64,000 nucleotides of DNA from Owenia fusiformis (lineage: Eukaryota), in NCBI GenBank assembly GCA_903813345.2, contig CAIIXF020000001.1, forward strand, positions 38,998,001 through 39,062,000, read 5' to 3'. Of the stretch, positions 52,745 to 64,000 are shown piece by piece (position 1 is the stretch's first letter; every line of letters starts with the position of its first letter). The notes under the pieces are model-generated. The model did no database searches, was not told where the DNA came from, and was given only the letters and a program-made list of their open reading frames with translations. Both the position numbers and the translations under genes were made by a program.

Positions 52745-53737
52745 CAGGGTGACCGGAAAAAAAGGAGACCATTGAAGTAATCAATTTCTCCTAAACTAGA
52801 CAAGTGCCATCAATGAAATTTTGCATACACTGGAACAGTTATATGGAAATTTGTTACTGAAGGTTTCAATACAAGCATTCAACTGGTTCAGGAGCTATGA
52901 TCATTTACATAACATGCTCCAAATAGGCACAATTGAGACCAACGCAGAGTTGGATTCATATGGCAAACTACCCTTACATGTTCTGCCCTCTATGGCATTA
53001 TTATGGCATTACATATAGCAGTGATTGCCTTCTTTAGGTCAACAATAGTCTGAGGATTGTTTTGGTATAGATTGTCTTTCAAATATCCATACAAAAAGAA
53101 ATCAGCAGGATTCAAGTCTAGGCTGTAATGGCAATGAAGGGTTATCTGACATGTGGTTCATCATCCTGTTGCCAAAGTGCTGATTTACCAAATCTTAAGA
53201 GTCACTTTAGGTATTGGGCATAGTGCCATGTTACTAAAACCACTATATGGCACAATTAAATCCCATATGAAAACCAAGGGCTGCCCAAAACCTCCTTAGG
53301 ATGATACTGTAACTGAGTGGGACCACTGAGTCAGAAGCCATAGGTCAGATAAGCTTCGTCTCCATACACCTCAAATTTGAATCCACCTGATTTCTTTTTG
53401 TGGGGCAATTTGAAAGACAATGTGTACCAAAACAATCCTGAGACAATTGCTGACCTAAAGGTGGCAATAAATGCTAAATGTAATGCCATAACAAGGTCGG
53501 AATATGTAAGGGTATTTGCCAAATGTATCCAGCTCTGCGTTGGTCTCAATTGCGCCTATTTGGAGCATGTTATGTAAATGATCATAGCTCCTGAACCAGT
53601 TGACTGCTTGTATTGACACTTTCAGGAACAAATTTCCATAGAACTGTCCTGATGTATGCAAAATTTCATTGATGTCACTAGTCTATTTTAGGAGATATTG
53701 CCTATTTCAATGGTCTCCTTTTTTTCCGGTCACCCTG
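52745..53737. mobile_element. Tc1/mariner-superfamily palindromic element with transposase 3' ends in both arms
   Basis: TA|CAGGGTGACCGGAAAAAAAGGAGACCATTGAA ... TTCAATGGTCTCCTTTTTTTCCGGTCACCCTG|TA. Right arm (+) reads LNPPDFFLWGNLKDNVYQNNPETIADLK..LEHVM; left arm (-) reads SLDLNPADFFLYGYLKDNLYQNNPQTIVDLK. Confidence 0.88.
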
Positions 53738-56157
53738 TACATTTACATGTACATGAACTGCCAATTTAAATGTATCATTTCATGTGTATACTGTACTTCC
53801 ATTTCATTATATGGAAGTTGAATTATTGAAGCACATAGTCCCCTGTGCAATATATGTGCAGTTTGTGGATGTATATATGTGCACTTTGTGAATGTACATG
53901 TTGATGTGCACTATGAGAATATCAGGTGCCTCTATTTCTGAAAGCAATTGAATTCTAGGCCCATAGTATAAAGTGTTCTTTTAGGGATACTTTGTACTCA
54001 ACTGACATGTTTTGTCAGGAATTTTATAAGGAATATGACACTGGGGAATTTCACACTTCTAATAACAATTAAATTTTAAACTATCCAATTTTAGTTTTAC
54101 AAAATGTTTAAAAGAATGGGCTACATAAAAGTTGTTACTGTTGGTGTACACGTTAAATGTTTGAATAAATGTAATGGTTTATTTGTAAATCTGAGTAAAT
54201 GAATCATACAGCTCTTATGAGTTAACCATGATATATATTAAGATATAACTATTATATTAAAGAATTTAAAAACCGATTAAATTAACCCAATTTTTATAGT
54301 TTACAGGTTTTTACAATGTCTTTAAGGGAGTGATGTACATTTATTGAACAGTGATTTTGTTCACACGGTTAGGTATGCATTATCAATTTTTGACCAATCA
54401 AAATGCAGTATAGCCATGTGTTATCTGAAATGCTAATGCATTTTTTAGTCGAAATCTAGGTTAAGAATTGAGTTATCACTGTTCAATCAGGTGTGAAAAG
54501 GAATTAAGCATAAGAACATGTCCATTATTGTGTGAAATAATGCACACTAACCGTAAATCTAAATGGGTTTGTGTAAACAACTGTGCATACAATAAAACAT
54601 TGATGCATCTAATGAATTCGTTCTTGTTCTGAGCTTGAATCCTTTGACACCAGAACAATGTTTTTGATGCATGCTTTGTAAGCATAAATGCATAACATTT
54701 GTTGCTACACATATATCTTTTGGTTAATTTTCATTGTAAGTACCAACACATACATGTTCACTATACTACTTTACATTTACAGCATTAGACCTAGTATTTT
54801 CAATTGCCTTCAAAAATGGTGGCATGGTTAGTAGGTTAACGGAATGTATGAAAAAACGGGTCCTCATAAAATGCTGTTTCATAGTCACCATATTGTCAAC
54901 TTAACATATTGTGAATAGAAATAGAGTAGTGTTTGCTATAAAACATGAATGTTGAATTTTGTTGTTCGTTTTTATGTCACCACCAGAAGTGGTGACATAT
55001 TGTTGTAGTCTCCAATTTTTTATTTAATAATTTAACAAAAACCTTTTTTTCTATTGATCATATTCAATTTTGAATTTTTCCATAATGCCTATTTTTCTGT
55101 GTCGTTGCCATTTCTCAAGTTGGCCTGTTACCGAGGAATTGCCAGTTTTGACCTCAAAATGTAGATTTTCTTTAAATAAAAAAAATGAGAATAAAATCAG
55201 TGGCAGTAGTTGCTGTATGTGCAACATATATGTCCTCTAGATTTCAATGGTCTTGGAATTAGTTTTTGGCATTTACTCTTTAACATTTGATAAAAATTAG
55301 TGAATGGCAGGTTTTGTGTTTGACATGGTTTCAAAGTTTGTCAATAAGTATTACTAATTTTTGTTCTCTTGCAATTTTTGTCTCAATCAAAAATTTCAAA
55401 AAGGCCTTAGTTAAGCTTTAATGTCCTGTTTAAGAACACATTCTCACTATTGAAATGGATTTTTGCAGTAGTATCCAACATGAATGTACTTGTTGAGATT
55501 CAATCAATTTGAGTTCTTGGGAGAAAATGAGGGTTTCAACAAGGGTGCATTGACAACATGGTAACATATATGATGGTATCCCAATGCTAAGTCATTGATA
55601 AGGTTGATGATGTCCCCATGTTAGGTCAGAACTTTGGGCCAAAATTACTTGAAAAGTGTTCAGAAGTGAAATACAAGAATATTTGGCCAATGTGAGGGGG
55701 TTGGTCAGATATATGTTCTGAAAGTTTCATGAAGAAAAAGGCAAGAAAACAAAAGTTATAGCAAAATTAGCATTCTGATACTTTTAGCATCTTTCTGTTT
55801 CACCTGGAACATGCTCTGATATTATGAGGCATATTCTGTGATCTGAGGACATCAATAAGTGTCAATAAGTGTGATACAGGGTGTTAAAAGACGCAACCCA
55901 AAGAAATCGCTTTATCATAAAAAATACTGGTCCAATTATGTTCATATTTTCAGGAAATAAAGAAGAGACTGTGTATGTATTCCTCCTGTAAATGGTTAGT
56001 TGTAAAACATGATGCCTTGGACACCTGCTCAAAAGACAGTTGTACTTGGAAAATACGAAAAACGCAGTCAGGGGTGACTGCAACCGCCAAAAAATTAAAT
56101 AACTTCCTAACCATAGTGTTTTGGCTCTTCAAATTTGGCACAAATCATCTTCATTCA

Positions 56158-56573
56158 CTGTCACGCGGTCCTAACTTCGACCGTTAATTTGAATCTTTGA
56201 CCTACCAGGTGCTTGAAAATCAAGGATTGCGAGTCTCATACTGCACCGTTTTTCTTCAAACTTATACCATTAAAAGCAGAACAAAATTGCCTTTCTGTCG
56301 GTGCATTACTTTATTGTAAAGAATCCCTCGTTCTAGCAGCGTTTTGGTCCCCAGCTGTTAAAAGGCCTTCTTACAGCTGGGGACCAAAATGCCGCTGGAA
56401 GTAGGGACTCTGTTGAAGAGAATAATGTACCATCAGAAAGGGATTTGTGTTATGCTTTGAATGGAACAAGTTTGAAGAAAAACGGTGCAGTATGAGACTC
56501 GTAATCCTTGATTTTCAAACATCCGGTAGGTCAAAAATTCAAATTAACGGTCGAAGTTAGGACCGCGTGACTG
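56158..56573. mobile_element. ~415-bp hairpin MITE
   Basis: GTCACGCGGTCCTAACTTCGACCGTTAATTTGAAT / ATTCAAATTAACGGTCGAAGTTAGGACCGCGTGAC. Complementarity continues to the centre (TTTTGGTCCCCAGCTGT..ACAGCTGGGGACCAAAA). Confidence 0.85.
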
Positions 56574-56994
56574 TATGGTAAATCAAATGAAATCAAAATC
56601 ACTTCAGGGACTTTACAGCCATGGTTGAAATGCTTTCAAATCACAGTCAAACGCCCTGATTCAGGAAGACTTAAGAAGGCATTTTGACCATGACTCCGTT
56701 CAGTTGGATGAGTTGTCCGGGGGATGAAATTATAAATCTGCTTTATATGGGCTTATTAGCCTTTTGCAGATTATCGACATAGACATAGATAGACATTTTC
56801 AAGAGTTATTTTATATATGTCCGACAAATCGAATTATGGTTTTGTTACTATCATGTATGTAATTATGATGATGTATTTAATAGTATCTAGATGTCTCGTT
56901 CATTCATTTGACCAATAAAAATCATAACTGCCAGGAAAGTAATATGAATAAAGTATGTAAATAAATGAATTAAAACGTCAAATTAAGAAGCAAA

Positions 56995-57365
56995 AGTCTT
57001 TTCTGGGTCACTGCGAATGGCATGATTTCCTCGAGTCTCTTCAGTTGCAAGGCAACCATACTGGGACCGATTCGCGTCGTTCCACTACTGCCCTTGGTGG
57101 GGGCCCGCTACCATACTATATGACTCCCGGAGTTTACTAAAGCACGTTAGTGGAGGAACCAACCACAGTCTCACAATCTGTCTCCGGCAAGAGCGGCCAG
57201 AGAACCAACCCATGCCAAGGGCCGGTAAATGGTTGGACCTTCGGACCGGGTGTCCGTAGTGACAATGATCAACAACTCCGTACCTGGGGCTCGAACGCGG
57301 GACCTCCGTATCCCACGACGTTCAACCGCAGAGTAGCCTCAGTCTACGCCACTAGGCTACCCTGC
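56995..57365 (-). mobile_element. Putative tRNA-derived SINE
   Basis: GC-rich ~370-bp island. The minus strand begins with A-box TAGCCTAGTGG (57359-57349) and B-box GTTCGAGCCC (57296-57287). No complete cloverleaf seen; the 3' boundary is approximate. Confidence 0.6.
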
Positions 57366-58107
57366 TTAGGTGTCAAAACTGCTAAAAAATAATGTAGTTG
57401 TAATAATTATTTGCTTGGATAAACATGATATTACATTTCTTAATTGATTAATTGGATTTAGTTGGAATTGAAGTTCGACCAACGATCAAGCCAATGCAAT
57501 CAACAACTCTTGCAAATGTGAACGGGAGTCGTAAAGACAGAAAGTACAAGAATCGTGATCGTAAAGTATTATATTTAAGACACGCTTTGAATATCGGGTA
57601 GGAGAAACATTCCAAAATGAAGAAGAATCATTTAGAACATTTGATTTGTTGCCAATATATCAATTGCGTCTCAAATGAATTAAATAAAGGGTATCGCGGG
57701 CCACTAAAGCCGATGAGTAAAAAAAATATAATTGACGCATTTAGATCGCTCAATATAACGGTAAGTGAGGTTTGTGTAGATACGTCGAGGAAAATAAGCT
57801 ATTTCGACGCTTGAAATAATCTGATTACGCTTATTAATAATTACGCGTGGCTATTAAACACAAGTGATGTGTAGAACAAAAACAAGAAAACTGAACGACC
57901 TATTAAGGAACTGTTCTTCAGTTTCAAAGTGTTCAAGATATTTCCGCATGTACAAAAACACAAAATTTATATTTTAGGCTATCCATATTTTGTCAGATAT
58001 CTCCAATTCATATTAGATTCATATTATCATGTTTCCGAAAAGAATTTACACTCGCTACTCAAAATAAAATGAGGCACGGATACAAGTACAGAGAATAGCC
58101 TAGTGAA

Positions 58108-59230
58108 GGGTAACTGGTCAACTCGTACCCAAGACAACTCGTCCCCAAGTCAAGTCATACCCAAGACAACTCGTACCCAAGACAACTCGTACCCAAGACA
58201 ACTCGTACCCAAGACAACTCGTACCCAAGTATATGTTTTGTTTTGAATCAAGTGTTGGGCTGGGAATGGGTATAGATATACATATTATAATGGTTACATA
58301 CAGTTCAGAATAGTTTGAAGTATGTAGAAGAGTTTTTGGAAGAAATTGATTGAAATTTGTGACCAAATATATTGGTCGCAGATTCAGATGTTCGAGGGAA
58401 GAGATTTATGTTTATTCAACATATTCATAATCATTGTTCACAATATTAGTGGTATTTTTGTATGTTAATGAGTGTTTGGAACAAGTATCAGATCTAATTC
58501 ATCTTGAAATATGGTATTATCAAAAATATAAAGATTTTCAAAACTTGCGCCTATTTCTTATTAAACAGATAATCTATTTAGGATTTTATATTATCAGATT
58601 AAAGAATGATAATTCTAAGAAGTCACCTTCATAAAATTAAGCAATAAAAAATATTCTAAATAATATGAATATCAAATATTATTTTGATACTTATTCATAC
58701 ATGATATAATACACTTTGCATGCATGTGTTCAAATATAATCCAATTAAGTTCAAAATGGAAAAGAAATTAACAGATTAAAGTTCCCTTATTAATTTTTTC
58801 TGAATGCACTAAGCTAAATTAATTTTTGATTCATTTTTTGAAAAGTTACTGTTGTAATTATATTCATTTATATATATGTATTACAAAAAAAGTTGAGAAC
58901 AAGCCCTTTAAAGCACTTCATAGGTAATCCAAGTTAAAACAACAAAATGCTTTGCTTAATCCATTGAGAAAAAATGTCTTCTAAATTCAGAAAAAATATT
59001 GAGGCACATTATAAGATAACATTTTGACACAGACTCAATTTGTTTTCTTATATGCACCCATAATACAGAAAATAAACGTGGGTACAAGTTGTCTTGGGTA
59101 CCAGTTGACTTGGGTACGAGTTGTCTTGGGTACAAGTTGTCTTGGGTACGAGTTGTCTTGGGTACGAGTTGTCTTGGGTACGAGTTGTCTTGGGTACGAG
59201 TTGACTTGGGTACGAGTTGACTAGGAAGCC
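58108..59230. mobile_element. TIR element with inverted arrays of 15-bp repeats (MULE/foldback-like)
   Basis: (CAACTCGTACCCAAG)n at 58119-58229 and its reverse complement at 59080-59221. Flanked by direct repeat AGCCTAGTGAAGG; AT-rich non-coding interior. Confidence 0.8.
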
Positions 59231-60994
59231 TAGTGAAGGCATCTATCTAATACTGTAGTGGCTTTTCCATATAGCTTTTAAATCTCGTTAAGGTCTCGTT
59301 TAATGAGATTTTAGGAGATCTGCATTTTTTACCACTAAAGACTAACATTTTCTTCTATTTGAATTCTGTGTGTAATTTTCTATCAAAACAACTTAGTTTT
59401 TGCACTGTTATTTACCTTAATTCAAATTCCCAAGTTTTCTAAAAATGGTCGGGCTAAATTCCCATTGACACAATGTTGAAAAACCTTCAAAAGTTCATTT
59501 ACTCTTACAAGGATCACAATTTTAATGTGAAATCACAAACCATATGTCAACAATATCATATAGTTACATTCTAATTGTGATAGTTGATTCAAATGAAATT
59601 ACTTGTTAAATCAAGAAATTAAGTGACTCTTGTCATGTTATTTAGCCCTACCTATACCCATGATGCCATCTATTTTTCCATTTATATGGAAAGAGTCAAT
59701 TCTACAGAATCAGACTTTTGGGGAATGCGTTGAGCGGGGACGTACCACATCCTTTCAGGGTGTATCATTAACATTCTAAGGTTTAATTCTCTATTTTGTT
59801 CTGGTAAATATCATTATGATATATAAAATCGCAAAAATAACTTTCCAATGATGTGCTTGAACGTTTGTAAAATCGTGTTTTTAAAGTAGAATACGTAATG
59901 CTTGATTTCTCGGTTAACAGACGGACCAATTTCATTTTTGTATTTAACGACATTTTAGATGATAATTTTTTTACAATGCCCCTCATAGTAGTACTTGAAT
60001 CATGACAGTAGAACGCATGGAACATCGTTAAATTCCAAGCAGAAATAAACGTGACACAAGTCGTATTTTGTAGAACTCTTAAACTGGAAGCATTTTATAA
60101 ATCCTGAGGAAGGTAACTGTTAACGTATGTTCCACTGATGAAAACTTTTGTTTCTTCTTTAATTATTTATTTTAATATCAAATAAAACAATTTACATACA
60201 GTTACATTCAATACAATACCTGACAATGTACATTACAATACAGATCAACAGAAAATGAATACATAAAAATGAATGGGACGGATATTCATATTTGGCTATT
60301 GCACATCATAATGTGCATATGTGGAATTGTCACTTTTCATTCATCTCAATTATAGGCTCCAAACAGCACTGTTTCTTTACTCTAATTCAAATCTGTTTGT
60401 AAAAATAAAATTTACCGTGTTCCTGTTATTTAATAACCGATCTATAGACGTCCTTGTTGTCAGGTAGTTGAACTTCTGAATTGTCTTCTCAGATTGAGTT
60501 TTTAAATTGTTAGGCCAGTCTACAGCAAGCATTTTGGGAAATCAGAGGGCCACTTGTTAGTAACAAGTGGCATTTTCGAAGAATGATCAAAATCAGACGT
60601 CCTATGGCCATTAGACGGACAAACAGGCAAACGAATAGGCGGCTTTTCTATCTCTGATGACAGGTTGTTCTCGTCTCAAAATACATGTTCTCTCGTTTGT
60701 AAGAATTTCCGTCAATTCTAATTAATGAATATCATGTATCAAAATTTATAAAATTGTCTAATATTTTACTCCAAATAAACTCTAAATATGAGTTCGATCC
60801 CGGGGTTCGATCGCTAACTTGTCAATCAATTAAGTTGCGCTTGCATATTGTCTCTTAAGGTTACACGCAGGAAAACTTTACAATTTGCGTCGGTATTCAC
60901 TGTTACATAACTAGTTACTTTGACGAAACGTCAATGTAACAAAATGGATGAACTTCCTAGATATGTGTTTTTTTGTTTTCTCGATTTAAACTTA

Positions 60995-62444
60995 CACTCC
61001 CCTCCATAAGTTTGGCAACCTTAGCTCCCCCATTGAACTACGTGTTAAAGTCTCTTTACCTTTGAATTTTTATTTACTTAACCTGCGATGAAAATACTTA
61101 TACTATTGATGGAAACGTAATTTGACTTTATTTCCAATACCTCCAAATTTTCGTAATTTTTTTCTTCAATTACAATAAGTCGAAAATTGATGATAAATTT
61201 TTGAAAATCGACATCCCCATGTTAACCATTGGGAAATGGTAGGTTTGCCGCAAATCATATGACAATATCCATCCATCCGAGTCCTTGCAAAATACGAGTT
61301 GGGCAGGCAATTGAATTTGCTAACTTTATTTAACAAAAATTGATATGTTTTTTCAGATTCAACAAAGTTATACGGCTTTAAAGTCAAAATTGTTTTTCAA
61401 AAAACCTCTCCCATTGAAATAACACAGGAGGCGAAAAATTATTTTCAAAAATGACTTTGAAACGCTGTAACTTTAGTATTCATCAAATAAACTATATATA
61501 GGGTGGTCAAAAAAAATGGAAACCCTGTCGCCATTTTCCTCATATCTTTGTCATTTTAGGAAATTACTCCCTGATATTTAGCACATTTGTACATCAATCA
61601 ATTTTGTATCGACCTACCATATTTCATGACCATCAAATTGATAGTCACAATATTACAGCACTTTAAACAACATGCTCCATTGGCCAATATTGCACTTTCG
61701 GAAAACCTGCACCTATCATCCAAAAACTCCCTACCTAACTTCAACCTGTGGTGATACACCAAAAAAGAGTGTACGAGAATAACCCCAGGACAACTGCACA
61801 CCTCAAAAAGCAGATCATCCATGTCTTTCAGGTCATACCTGCTGAAAAATGTAGTCAGATCATTGACAACCTGTTCAGATTTGCCAATAGCGCGATGGTG
61901 GCCACACTGGGGCATTTTGTTCAAAGTGCTGTACCATTGTGACTATCAATCTGATGGTCATGGAATATGGTTAGCTGGTAGGAAATTGAATGCTGTACAT
62001 ACGTGTCAAATTTCAGGGAATAATTACCCAAAATGACGAAGATACGAGGAAAATGCAGGGTTTCCATTTTTTTTGACCACCCTGTACTTCGTGTACAAAA
62101 AAGTTAGACAATTCAATTTTCTATATAAAAATATTTTTTACTGAATCTTTTACTGAAAAGATATCCTGATTTCTGATTTGCCCCGAACCCTCCATTCCCA
62201 TTAGATTACATGGAAATGACAATTTTCAAAAATTCATCAAATTTATCATCAATTTTCGACCTATTGTAATTGCGGAAAAAAATTGAGAAAATGTGAAGGT
62301 ATTGGAAATAAAGTCAATTTACGTTTCCATCAATATTATAAGTTATTTCATCGCCGGTTAAGTAAATAAAAATTCAAAGGTAAAGAGGCTTTAACACATA
62401 GTTCAATGGGGGAGCTAAGGTTGCCAAACTTATGAAGGGGAGTG
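60995..62444. mobile_element. Tc1-like foldback MITE (middle layer)
   Basis: TA|CACTCCCCTCCATAAGTTTGGCAACCTTAGCTCCCCCATTGAACTA ... TAGTTCAATGGGGGAGCTAAGGTTGCCAAACTTATGAAGGGGAGTG|TA; arms about 240 bp. Confidence 0.88.
61499..62084. mobile_element. Tc1/mariner derivative with transposase C-terminal remnant (inner layer)
   Basis: TA|TAGGGTGGTCAAAAAAAATGGAAACCCTG ... CAGGGTTTCCATTTTTTTTGACCACCCTG|TA. The + strand reads KRVYENNPRTTAHLKKQI, resembling the peptide at 53377. Confidence 0.8.
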
Positions 62445-62699
62445 TATTTTAAGTCATGTTGCGGATTATCATTTGGCACAACATTAGAAAATATAGTCTA
62501 GCTTTTAGAAATGCTCTCGGTTTGAAATTTTACTAGTAGGTTTAAATCGAGAAAGCAAAAAATTCGTAACCAGGAAGTTCATCCATTTTGTTACATTGAC
62601 GTTCCGTCAAAGTAACTAGTTGTGGAACAGTGATTTTGGCATTCGGTTTAACACCTTTCAGTACAATGCGCGTCGGTATAATGGGTTACGGTGCGCGTC

Positions 62700-63290
62700 G
62701 GTGTCCATCTGGCTTGCGACATACACTTTTGGACCAACAATAGTGGCACGTTTTAAAACCTCTGTCATAGGGTTCCCGTTTTAAGTAATCTTTGTTCAAC
62801 ATCAATACAGAAAACTCCCCATTGACTCCTGGTTTAAAAGCTCGTCTATTTTCAAGATGGCCGCCATTTTTGTCTCGTGAAATTCTCTTTTGACCCATTT
62901 CCTAGCTTTACAAATAAATTCAGATGTCCTGCATTGTAAAAAGCCATGTCAATGTGAAGAGTAGTTGTTTGAAATGATTTTGTTACAAAAAATCAGCAAA
63001 AAATTATATCCGTTTTTTTATTTTCAGCCATTTTAGTTAACATTGATTTGTCCATCTGTCTTGTGAAATCCACTTTTGGACCACTTGCCTCAACCTCTGT
63101 CGATAGGATTCCCGTTTTAAGTTATTTTTGTTCAACATCAATACAAAAAAACTCCCCTATGACTCCTGGTTCAAAAGGTCCCCTATTTTCAAGATGACCA
63201 CCATGTCTTTGTAAAGAGTAGTTGCAAGAAATAATTTTTTACAAAAAATCGGCAAAAAATTATATCCGTTTTTTTTATTTGTTGTCATTT
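62700..63290. repeat. Imperfect ~350-bp tandem duplication
   Basis: TGTCCATCTG..CACTTTTGGACCA..TTCCCGTTTTAAGT..TTGTTCAACATCAATACA..TGACTCCTGGTT appears at about 62703 and 63049. Confidence 0.75.
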
Positions 63291-64000
63291 TAGCCATCAT
63301 TCACTTTTGAGCAAGACCATGTGAGCCCAGTACCCATGGTACTATTTTTTCTAGTTTTATTGACTCTATCAAGGGCAATAATGTAAGCTCAAGTATGACA
63401 CCTTGCTACTGTTCAGGGCACTATATCATCTACAGAAGCAATCATTTGTAATAGTTCCAAGATTTATTATCAAAAATAACAATGTAATGACACCTTCACA
63501 GAACAAACATTCATAAGTTACACGTGCAATTATTATTAAACAACTGTTTTTCATGAAAACAATTATTACATTTAAGCACATCTTCTCTAATGTGTGCTAA
63601 CAATGTCTAACATAAAGTATTTGCAATTAATTGGTTCATTCAACTTAAAATTGTCGATACGGTAGGTTCAAAATGCTGGCATTTTTAGCACTTCCAGAGA
63701 GTGAGCATGTATTTACGTTCAGTGGCAAATTATATTAGAAAATGTATCTCAAAGTACAAAAGGATCACAGAATAACTGGTATGTGATGAAGATCTAAATT
63801 GGCAATCAAAGCTTATTATTCTGAAGATCAATTAATTAATAACTCATTGCACACAATGTACGGTTTGGACAAGCAAAATGATCTCTGTTGTCACCATTTT
63901 GAAACCAGGCAAGCTTTTAAGATGCCACGTATGGGCCAATTTAAGATTTTATATAGACACATTTGAAAAGTGAAACCATTTGAATTTTTGTGGAGAATTT

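Larger units (their letters stand above)
60898..62632. mobile_element. Transib-like MITE copy 2 (outer layer of a triple nest)
   Basis: CACTGTTACATAACTAGTTACTTTGACG ... CGTCAAAGTAACTAGTTGTGGAACAGTG; homologous to 28765-29279 once the inserts are removed. TSD not recognisable. Confidence 0.75.

Noticed and set aside
57010..57050. Minus-strand CTGAAGA..GAAA as a hammerhead ribozyme core
   Set aside because: Stems I-III do not pair convincingly by eye; an Infernal/RNAMotif hit would be needed.
58119..59221. Regular short repeat arrays as CRISPR
   Set aside because: Head-to-tail 15-mers without unique spacers, arranged as inverted TE ends in eukaryotic DNA; no cas genes.

Overview
AT-rich, intron-containing animal genomic DNA, probably from an invertebrate (the taxon cannot be fixed from sequence alone); it is not prokaryotic. 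Three protein-coding genes can be built by hand with consistent GT-AG phases. (1) The last 10 coding exons of CPLANE1/C5orf42 (+, 1056-14901). (2) An intronless GT11 alpha-1,2-fucosyltransferase nested antisense in a CPLANE1 intron (-, 4872-5849). (3) A complete 6-exon activin type II receptor (ACVR2-like, +, 19645-45167, 526 aa), whose signal-peptide exon is missing from the ORF track. The rest is dense with non-autonomous DNA transposons (Tc1/mariner, Academ-like, Transib-like, hAT5-like, TTAA-specific, Helentron-associated), often nested up to three deep, plus a tRNA-derived SINE and minisatellites. The most unusual signals are: TSD-bounded palindromic elements built from two head-to-head transposase 3' ends, seen in two unrelated superfamilies; a 3-kb foldback element carrying an array of RFX X-box motifs inside ACVR2; a TE-in-TE insertion in ACVR2 intron 1 that carries a phase-compatible alternative first exon; and copy-specific covariation of Helentron subterminal inverted repeats. 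All family assignments come from motif recognition only; no searches were run.
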